A stretch of DNA of 63,646 nucleotides, counting the filler, from Licmophora abbreviata (Eukaryota), in assembly GCA_900291995.1 (NCBI GenBank). It is 13 parts of 13 records of this genome, joined end to end, with 100 filler letters (N's around TTAATTAATTAA, not from the genome) between each part and the next. Parts side by side here need not be neighbours in the genome. Positions count along the whole stretch, not along the records: positions 52,443 to 55,784 come from OLMU01005628.1; positions 55,885 to 59,845 come from OLMU01005629.1; positions 59,946 to 61,622 come from OLMU01005631.1; positions 61,723 to 63,646 come from OLMU01005633.1; 9 more parts are not named here. The stretch is one strand, 5' to 3'. Below are positions 55,177 through 63,646 of this stretch, piece after piece. The notes beneath the pieces are model-generated. The model made no database searches and was not told where the DNA came from. It was given only the letters and a program-made list of their open reading frames with translations. Every line of letters starts with the position of its first letter. Within the stretch, counting starts at the first letter, position 1. The translations under genes were made by a program, and so were the position numbers.

Positions 55177-55884
55177 CCTGTAATTTTCTACTCTACCGGT
55201 TAGGCTACGAAAGGTGAGACGGAAAGTGCGAGTTTGAGCAACGAAAGGTGCATTTTCTTCTCTCAAGGCGAGCTATCATAGTTCTCGGTTCTCCTTACCT
55301 GCTTCAGCACCCAGACTCTCTCTGTATCTCTCCGATTCGGTCAACTTGAGGCTCTCTTTTGTCATCGATCCGTTCCAATGATGTTCATGAAACTGAAATT
55401 GAAACTGATGAAATTCGAAAAAATTGATCCCAACAAGACTGACAAATGTTACTTATATATAAATCGTCAAGTCCGAAGGTATCTATTATGAAAATAGAAA
55501 CTATCAATGAACAATCAACGGCCGGCGCTGATGAGCGTCACTGTGAGGTGTCATACGTGCCAGTACCGGTGACAGTTTACGGACACCTCTCCTGTGAAAA
55601 ACTAGGTCTATCCGCCTCTCTCATGACCACACCCTTTGGATTACAATGAATGCAAGTACGAGAACTAGAGTGAAAATAGAATGATGCACCCTGTATGACT
55701 GCCGTACAGTCGTGCGCTAGTATGATATCATACGTCGTACAACGCAGAAGACTAGAGTACGGTACAGGACTATTACCGTGATTGNNNNNNNNNNNNNNNN
55801 NNNNNNNNNNNNNNNNNNNNNNNNNNNNTTAATTAATTAANNNNNNNNNNNNNNNNNNNNNNNNNNNNNNNNNNNNNNNNNNNN

Positions 55885-58800
55885 TCTTGCTCATCTTCAT
55901 CTTGGGCCTCTCTTGACTTGTCCCTGGCATTTCTTCTCTTAGTCTCTGGTTGCTCAAGGTCTTCAGCAAGATTCTCTGCATTACTTGACTCTTCTCCTTT
56001 TGGAAGCTCTGTCTCCTCTGCGTTCCCCTGGATATCGTTCCCCTTCGGTTGCGTGTCGTCGTCCACAGCAACGTCTTTTGGCTTTGTTTTCACCTGAACT
56101 TCGTTGCGCTTTTTCAAAAGCTCGTTGATCGCCTCGCGCTTGCTAGAAATATCCTTCTCCAAAGCATCGCCGTCGAAGTCTTCCACCTTTTTCATTCCCA
56201 AATCTGCGACCTTGACGGTCAGTGCCGCAATGGCGTTGAAGGTCGACAGCAGATCTTCGGAAGTTTCCTTGAGGGCGGCACCGGCTTTGCGTGTGTTCCC
56301 AGATTTACTCATGTTGCTCAAAAAAGAAGACCCAGCGTCCATGACGGAACCTGTTGCATTAACGATCGGGTCTGCCAAAATGCTATCGTTCTTCTTCTTC
56401 TTCTTCTTGCTCAGAGCACTAGTGGAGTTCGTCGTATCCTTGACGACAGCTCCCGACTCGTCGGTCGATGCGGCAGAATCCAAGAGTGCCTTCATTCCAA
56501 ACATACCAAACTTGGATGCGCTTCGCAGACTCTTCCCAAGCGAGCCGGCAAAAGAGCTCACAAGGTCTGCAGCCTCCTTGTCTTGTAATTCGCCAAATGT
56601 GTCGATTCTGTCCTCGTCCAATTGCGACGCCGACCACACATTCCAAGCTTCCTCCTTCGCAGCATTCATTTTGTTCGCGACCGTTTCTAAACCAGGTGGG
56701 ATTGGCTCTCCAAGAATACTGTTCTTTCGCACAAGCGCCTCGTCCACCTTCAAACTCAGTACACGAATGTGCTTTTCGGCGCTGGCCGCCAAGTCGGCCG
56801 CGCGTTCGAGGGCAACCTCCAGTTCCTCAATGTCAGACCACTCATACGGCGTGTCGGTACGTATTTCGGGTTTATCACCAATCTTCTTCATGGTCCGTTC
56901 TGTTTGATCGCGACGCTCTCGTCCATCCGTCAGGACGGACTGGAGTTCCTGGAGGCCTTCGTTCAGATCTTTGGCGATATCTTGATCCACCTTTGCGACT
57001 TGCTCTTTTTGGGCAATCAGCGTGTCCAGTTGGGCAGTAATTCTACCGTCCTTGAGCTTCGAGCGCGTGGTAAGCATTTCTTTCGTGATTCGCGCCTCCC
57101 TCTTCATCTCGTTTTCCACTACCTCGAGCGAGTCTTGTAGAGAGTCGATGAGTCCAATGACCAATTCCTCTCGCTCTTCTTCCAAGGCAATCTCGGTTTG
57201 GAACAAGCCGGAAATTCGTTCGACCTATTGTAGAAAGAAATTCTCTTCGCGTGAGTACTGGTTCAACGATCCCAAACACGAAAATATGGATACACTCGTC
57301 AGCTCACCTCTTCATCAATCAACGTCTGAGTCTCGGCTAGTTTACCCTCAAGGGCTTTCTCTACCGCCTTGGCGTCGGCTTCCATCTTGGCTTTGAGCTT
57401 TGATATCTTCTCGGCGGCCTTCTCTTTTTCATATGTGCTGCGCATGAGCCGGCGCTTTGTCCGGTCCTTTGACTCACGAAGACCCTCTCGCACCGACACA
57501 AACGTAGACTTGTCCGATCCGACGGTCTTGGCGGAAGAGACGGATGCCGAAATCATCTCATCGGTGGTGAGATCACTGGTGTCCTTCTCATCAACGACGG
57601 GTCGTGGGCTTTCACTTGTCTTCTCCAATGTCTCCTGCGCTTCCTTCGACTCGGCAGAGACCTTAAATTCTTGGGCTGGCGGCTCAGAGATCACCTTCTT
57701 CGCTGCTGCCCCTTCGGGCTCCTTCTTTTGGGAGGCTACAATTCCTTTTGGTTTGGCATTAGTTGTGGCCGATGCTGCATCCTTTGACTTGACCTTAGTC
57801 GCCTTGCCTATCTTTGAGACCGCACCAGTACTGGAATTGTCCTTGAACTCTTCCTTGGTGGGCTCATCTGTCTCAGCGTCTGTTCCATTTCGCGTGGTCC
57901 GTTTGCTCTTGGTTGCTTTGGACGTTGGAGGCTGTGGTGTAGTAGGCTCTTTTCGCCCAGCTACGGGCTTCCTCAGAGAATCTTCAGGTGTCTCCCTCGC
58001 GACTGTTCCTGGCTCGAGAGCCACTTCGTCTTTCGTCTTTCTGGGGGGGTCTACAAGGAAAGGAGTCCCTCTGGCGGGAGCAGCCGCGTCCGCTCCAGTC
58101 TCTCCAAAAGACGGTTTCGACACTTTCTGCTGAATACCTTTGGGCTTTTCAATGACCGCGTCATCAAACTTGTCGGACGACATACGTCGCTTCTGTCTCA
58201 TCTGGTCCTCATTTGGAGTCGATTTATCTTTCAAGGAAGAAATCGGCATAGATACCCACTTAGCACGGGGTGCTGCTGTACTCCCTTGCAAAGGTGGTGC
58301 CGGAATTTGTTTGTCTTCCACTTTCTCGGAAGACACACTCTTCTGTTTCATCGAGTCCTCGGTTGGAGTCGGACTGTCAGTCAAGGAGGACGGTGGCATA
58401 GACACCCATTTACCGCCAATGGTTGCGGAGTTCCCTCGCGCAGATTCCGGCTGAGTTGGCTCCTCGGACCTCTTTGCGAATGTATCCGGCGCTTCCTTGA
58501 TTGCCGCAGAGGACTTCCTTTCGTTCGTAGTCTCGGTGCCCTTGGACTTGAACCGTCGACTAGGCTCTTCAATGACGGCGTCAATAATTTCTTGGTAGAG
58601 AATATCATCCTTCGAACCCTCGACTGTATCAGGCTTTCTTACGGAAAAAGATGGCGGCATGGGAGTTACGGAGGAAGGAGGCAGTGTCTCTCCTGTCTTC
58701 GACGCACTCCAAGCCGGCTCGTTACGCATCGATGGGCCAGACCCCTTGGAGTCAGCAAGTTTCTCTGGAGAAGCAGGCATAGGACCTCTAGTAGACGTCT

Positions 58801-59845
58801 CGCCTCCGCGAAAGGCGTCAATGCTCGGCGCATCAGGGATGTCCGCAACTTGTGGCGTAGCGCTGTCGCCAGGCGAGAATAACCTGTCCTTGAACGACTG
58901 AATATAGGGGTCATCAGAGCCCTTGAACCTCAAAGCTTCAGCTTCCTCGCTGCTCGGCCCCTCTGCGTTTCCTCCTTTCTCAGCGGAAGCGCCTTGGCTT
59001 GCGCCGAAATCGTCTGCCCACAGGGGGCGTGCACCCAGCGTGGACTGTCCATCAACGTTCGATACAGACTCTCTTAAAACACCAGGCCGCTGCTGGCTGC
59101 CAGCTGACGAGCCGATATTGGTCCCTGCCTGCGGAGAAGAGGGCGCGCTGCCTTTTGGTGGCCCATTGGTCACCTCGAATGCTGGGTTCTCTCCATCAAA
59201 TGGATTCCTCGGTGCCTCTTCACTTGCCCCAGTTGGCCGCGTTGAAGCCGCACTTCCGTCCGGTCCTGTCCTCGGACGTTCTGTGCTACCACGGCGCCTT
59301 CCCGACATGCCCCTTGATGAAGTGGGCGTGGCTCCCTGATCAATTGGCCCAGCTCCGGGTGGATTTCTCGGTGCACGATCGGCAGGATCAAAGGAGGTGC
59401 CAGGTGGGAGCTTGCTTCCGAAAGAAGCACCTCGGGTGCCATCCGTCGGCGGAGGGATATTCCCAGGCACCGGCCCAGGAGACGACGGCATAGATCCTAG
59501 GTACGACGACTGTCCCTCAAAACCAGGGCTCGGTCTCGGTCTGTCACCTCCAGACGGATTTTGCCGATTGACTCTCACCTGATCGTTTGAGACACCTGGT
59601 GGAAGCTTGCCACTCAGGGAAGAGCCCATCGTCGAGCCAGGCTGATTTATCGGAGGCGCGCCCCCTTTCGGTGGCGGACGAGAGTTGTAAGTATCTCCCC
59701 TGGGAGGCTGCGCGTCTCTTCCACCATTTACAGTCGTACCCCCTGGAGGAGACGATATAGACCCCAGATATGATTGTCCTTCAAAGTTGGGGTTCACCTT
59801 GGGTTTCCTATTCGCAGCTGGATGCTGCCGATGGACTTTTACGGG
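55885..59845 (-). CDS. Large low-complexity plus coiled-coil protein, partial; intron 57225-57307
   Basis: ORFs 57299-59797 (Pro/Gly/Ser-rich, SYLGS and KWVSMP repeats) and 55833-57206 (coiled coil) are joined in frame by GTGAGC...CAATAG. Open at both gaps. Confidence 0.75.
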
Positions 59846-59945
59846 NNNNNNNNNNNNNNNNNNNNNNNNNNNNNNNNNNNNNNNNNNNNTTAATTAATTA
59901 ANNNNNNNNNNNNNNNNNNNNNNNNNNNNNNNNNNNNNNNNNNNN

Positions 59946-61622
59946 TTCCCAATTGAGACAACTGCATCATATGTCTTCAGAGTCTCGATGCTTGCTGTCT
60001 CCGACTTGGAGAGGGTGACCTTTGCTGCATCGCTGACGCTAGCATCGGGCTTCTCCTTTGCCGGATTCTCTTTCCTGTCGCGCCTGTCGCTAGATACCGA
60101 CGACACGTTACCCGAAGCTGCCTTGGCGTTGTCGGTTGTTGCCTTCGACAATGCCCTAAGCTTCTCTGTCTCCTTCCCATTTAACCTATCGGTGTCCGGC
60201 TTCTCGCGTTTCTCGGTATGTACAGATAGAGGAGAGAGGAATCCTGCGTAAATCCTCATATCAATACTGTCTGTGCTCAGATCCCAACTTTCAGCAGAAT
60301 CACGTGTGTCCGACGATGAGCCACTCGCAACGGACGACGAGTCGCTACTAGCCATAGAAGACGAAGATTCGATCAGAGATGGCAGTTTCACGCGTTTGGT
60401 GTCCATCTTCGATTTCCTTCGCTCAGAATTTGTCTTCTTGGTAGGCTCGATGCCAATGGTGGGTGTCTTAGACCCGGGTGGCTTTTTCTGGTTGATTGGG
60501 GGTTTCAGTTTTGAATCACTTGATGAATCACTTGATGATCCACTCGCAACAGACGACGAAGACTTGGTCAAAGAGGGCTGCTTCTCGCGTTTTGAGTCTA
60601 TCTTCGATTTACTTCGTTCAGACTTTGTCGATAACTTTCTCGCAGGATCAATGGTTGGTGCACTAGACTCGGGTGTTTTCTGTTTGATCCGGGGCTTCAG
60701 TTTCGTTGTTTTCATTCTCTCTTCTCCACCAGGGGCGACGCGCTTCGTTTCGTTCGGTGATAAAGACTTCAATTTGGGTTCTTCTGTTGAGACTGTTTTT
60801 TTTGGAGGCTCGATCGATTCAGAGAAGGCACCATGAGCAGACGTGACTGTCTTCGTCCCAGACGGTTGTGGGGAAGAGAGCACGCTTCTATCAGGATGTC
60901 CCGCTTCGCTCTTTTTAAGAGAGACATTCACGTTCATCACTTCCGATTTCCCATCCTTTTTGGAAGCTATCAATGAAGGCGATCCATCGCGTGAGGAAGG
61001 TACCCTCTTCTTTCCTGTCTCGATAGGATCGGAAGCCACATTGAGCGACGACAAGCGTACAGCTGACTCATATTTCGACACGTTTCCTTTGGACTCTCGC
61101 GAAACTTCTCTTTGCTTCGGTGCCGTGTGCCAACTGGGCGCAAAGAAGCTCCTCAGTGGTGAGCCCTTCGGAAGCCTCGCTGATGTCTTGCCAGCCTCTT
61201 CAGAAGCTACCAGAAGCGGTAAGTCGCTGGACGATGGAGAAGCTCTCTTCTTTCCGGCCTCATTCACATCAGAAGGAGCATTTCGAAGAGAAGGCGGGTG
61301 AGTAGTCCACGACTCTGACGTCGTCGTGCCTCCCTTGGATTCTGACGACCCCTCATGTGGCTTCGGCTCCGCGCTTTTCGCCTGCGCAAATAAACTTCTG
61401 AACGACGAACCAGCTGGAAGTCTCGCTGCCACCTTAGCGTCCTTCTCGGAAGCTAGCACCGATGGCGCGCCTCTGTACTGGTACGACGACGACGCGCTCT
61501 TCTTCCCGGCCTCATTGGTATCAGAAGGAGCATCTTGACGAGAAGGCGGGTGGATACTCGACTCAGACTTCGTCCCGCCTCTTTTCAACTCCGGCGACCC
61601 TTCATATGGCTTCGGTGCCGCG
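59946..61622 (-). CDS. Ser/Lys/Pro-rich repetitive protein fragment, open through the entire contig
   Basis: No stop across the contig. Contains an ~83-aa unit x3 and an ~64-aa unit x2. It may belong to the same gene as 55885-59845. Confidence 0.7.
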
Positions 61623-62161
61623 NNNNNNNNNNNNNNNNNNNNNNNNNNNNNNNNNNNNNNNNNNNNTTAATTAATTAANNNNNNNNNNNNNNNNNNNNNN
61701 NNNNNNNNNNNNNNNNNNNNNNGCAACCTGTACATGCAGCATCCTTGCGCAACGTCTTGATCTCTTTGGCACCAGCCACTGAAAAAGTGCGTGTGTGGGG
61801 TTGATGAAAGACGAAAGGTTTCCGTTGTGGCTTTTGTCCCAAGTTGAAGTGTCGATCTCGGATGGATCGCGTCCGTCCTACCATCCAACTCAAACTGTGC
61901 GATGTAGACTATGAACTCCGTCGTCGATCGAGGGTGCTTCGGCATCAAGAGTATGTTTAAATTGTTGCTTCGCTATTCCGACACTCCCATTAGGGAACTA
62001 GAGTGTGTATATTGAATATGGGTCGAGCATCCACGCTCTACAAGTTTTCGAATTTGCTAGCTATCATGCTATCATAAGAGCAATTTCTGATCTCTGATTT
62101 TGCCTGCGGGTAGAAGCGGTCGATGGAAACAGTCAACAGTGTCGGATCTCGGATCAAGCCA

Positions 62162-62692
62162 TCAGATCAGGCGGCCCCAGCCATCAGGTCGCTCCTCGCC
62201 TGGTTTCTTCGACTTTTTGGGAGCTGCGTTCCAACGCTCGCCGGAATCCGTCGACGACGAAACTTCCTTCTGGGTCGTCAAGGTGCTCTGGGCCCTTCTC
62301 CCATTGATCCCAGAGAAAGAAAATTCTGACATGGCTCTTTCATAGGGCGAGCCTTCGTATGCGTCAAATTCTTTCCCCAGCGGCTTGCGGGGCTCGTATG
62401 AGCCGGGGGCAACGTTGTTGAGATAGGACTCGTTGTGCCAGTCTGTCTGGGAAGCGCTCCATTTCGGTGGATCTGTGCTCAGCGCAGAGCTACTCTCTGT
62501 GTCACTCCCTTCCGACGATGACGAAAGAGCTCCCACCAAATGCCGTGCGACATGCACTTTTCCGTTCGTCGTTACAACAGCAAGACTTCTTCGATGCGAG
62601 TCACAGGGAGCAAACGCGAATCCACAAGTAACCTGCGAAACACACGCAGCCATCAGCAACGGGAGAGATTTTAGTAAGCGCATCATCATCGA
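62162..62692 (-). CDS. Putative plastid-targeted protein of unknown function
   Basis: MMMRLLKSLPLLMAACVSQVTCG-FAFAP resembles the diatom ASAFAP bipartite presequence. Carries a YLNNV.PG...FD.Y.GSPY.RAMS.F motif. Confidence 0.55.
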   Translation of the reverse strand, partial: SMMMRLLKSLPLLMAACVSQVTCGFAFAPCDSHRRSLAVVTTNGKVHVARHLVGALSSSSEGSDTESSSALSTDPPKWSASQTDWHNESYLNNVAPGSYEPRKPLGKEFDAYEGSPYERAMSEFSFSGINGRRAQSTLTTQKEVSSSTDSGERWNAAPKKSKKPGEERPDGWGRLI

Positions 62693-63150
62693 GCACGAGA
62701 GGCTGTTGTCGTCTTCCGTTGTCGCAAGCAAGAGACCCTCACAGTGAGCTGCAATAGAATAGATGCTCTCATCACATCACTTCGGGATTTACTCGTAGTG
62801 GTTTGCGTTGATGTCCCTTGAAGTGCAGTGATGTCATAGTGACGTTGTTCGTGCGTCACTGACCAAACAGTTTATGCATACAATTAGTCGAAGGGGTCGT
62901 ACGTACGTGGACACACGTCATGAATCATTGCAATGAAGAGAGACACGCCTCTCCCCCTCGCGTTGTAATGTGTACCCTGGTAACTTTGAGATGCTGCTTT
63001 AGAACACACTTCGTGCTGGTGGAGCTACGGTTCTATCTAGTAGCTAGAGTTCTGGCTTATTCAAGTAGTTTGGGCTTATTCAAGTGCCTGGAGAAAAGTT
63101 ACACTGTTGGCTACCTCTCGGCTCCTATCGCGTACTCGGAGTAAGTCTGA

Positions 63151-63646
63151 TCATGCGGCCACAGTCTCGGCTGGAGCCGGCACCACTTCACTCACAGGCT
63201 CTCCTTCACCCAGAGGTTTCTTTTCCGAGTCCTCTGCCTCCTCGGGTGTCTCCATAGACTCAGTCGATGCGATAGCTAAGTCCTTTCGAGCTGCCCTTTG
63301 AATCCTCCTCCCATCCACCCCAGATGATAGGAACCCTGACATGGCCCTCTGGTAGGGAGATCCTTGGTATTCATCGAATGCCCTTATCACCAGTAGCTTG
63401 CGCGGCGCTTCATGGGTTCCAGGACGAACGTTGTTTAGATATGGCTCATTGTAGCCGTCGGACGAAACGACCTTTGTTTTCAACTTGCTCTTGATGAGCG
63501 CAGAAGCAATCTTCTGGGACAGAGGTGCAGTATCTTTCGATTCAGTCTCTTTTGATACGGCCTTTTTTGATGCATCCACTTTAGATGTAGTCTCTTCTGC
63601 TGCAGCCTCTTTTGGTTCAGTAGCCGTGCCCATTGCGCTTGTCTCC
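63151..63646 (-). CDS. C-terminal part of a tandem paralog of the 62162-62692 gene
   Basis: NEPYLNNVRPG.HE.PRK...FDEYQGSPYQRAMSGF..SGVDGRR matches the downstream gene. Runs off the window end. Confidence 0.6.
   Translation of the reverse strand, partial: ETSAMGTATEPKEAAAEETTSKVDASKKAVSKETESKDTAPLSQKIASALIKSKLKTKVVSSDGYNEPYLNNVRPGTHEAPRKLLVIRAFDEYQGSPYQRAMSGFLSSGVDGRRIQRAARKDLAIASTESMETPEEAEDSEKKPLGEGEPVSEVVPAPAETVAA

Noticed and set aside
57299..62692. PYCO1-like Rubisco linker assignment from KW motifs
   Set aside because: KWSA and KWVS motifs are few and do not match a repeated KWSP pattern. This is insufficient to name the protein.

Overview
Gene-dense eukaryotic nuclear DNA with short GT-AG introns, most likely from a diatom. 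This rests on DUF6824 repeats, RxL/KxxK low-complexity membrane proteins and a GFAFAP plastid-type presequence, and the taxon is an inference. The window is 13 contigs joined by twelve artificial 100-bp spacers (N44-TTAATTAATTAA-N44), so adjacency across spacers is unverified. Recognisable genes: PP2A B56 subunit, PIG-X, a multi-C2 membrane protein, an ankyrin protein, a non-RD Ser/Thr kinase, a CRAL-TRIO protein, a sulfotransferase, a carotenoid cleavage oxygenase, the TELO2 C-terminus, DDX3/Ded1, CSDE1/UNR, CCDC115/Vma22, an LSD1-like amine oxidase with two extended PHD fingers, and an ARM-repeat protein. Four observations stand out. (1) A contig at 24.9-27.7 kb carries a DUF6589/Academ-like transposase ORF convergent with a RecQ-like helicase ORF, a probable AcademH-type DNA transposon in a stramenopile. 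(2) A cluster of three type I membrane proteins at 6-13 kb has PT-rich stalks and RxL or polybasic sites, resembling silica-deposition-vesicle proteins. (3) Three otherwise different type II membrane proteins share an N-terminal Y-x-A-[VLI]-P motif. (4) The LSD1-like enzyme lacks a recognisable SWIRM domain and carries ePHD fingers and possibly a PDZ domain. Four single-base frameshifts, one in DDX3, look like assembly indels. All domain calls are by motif recognition; no searches were run.
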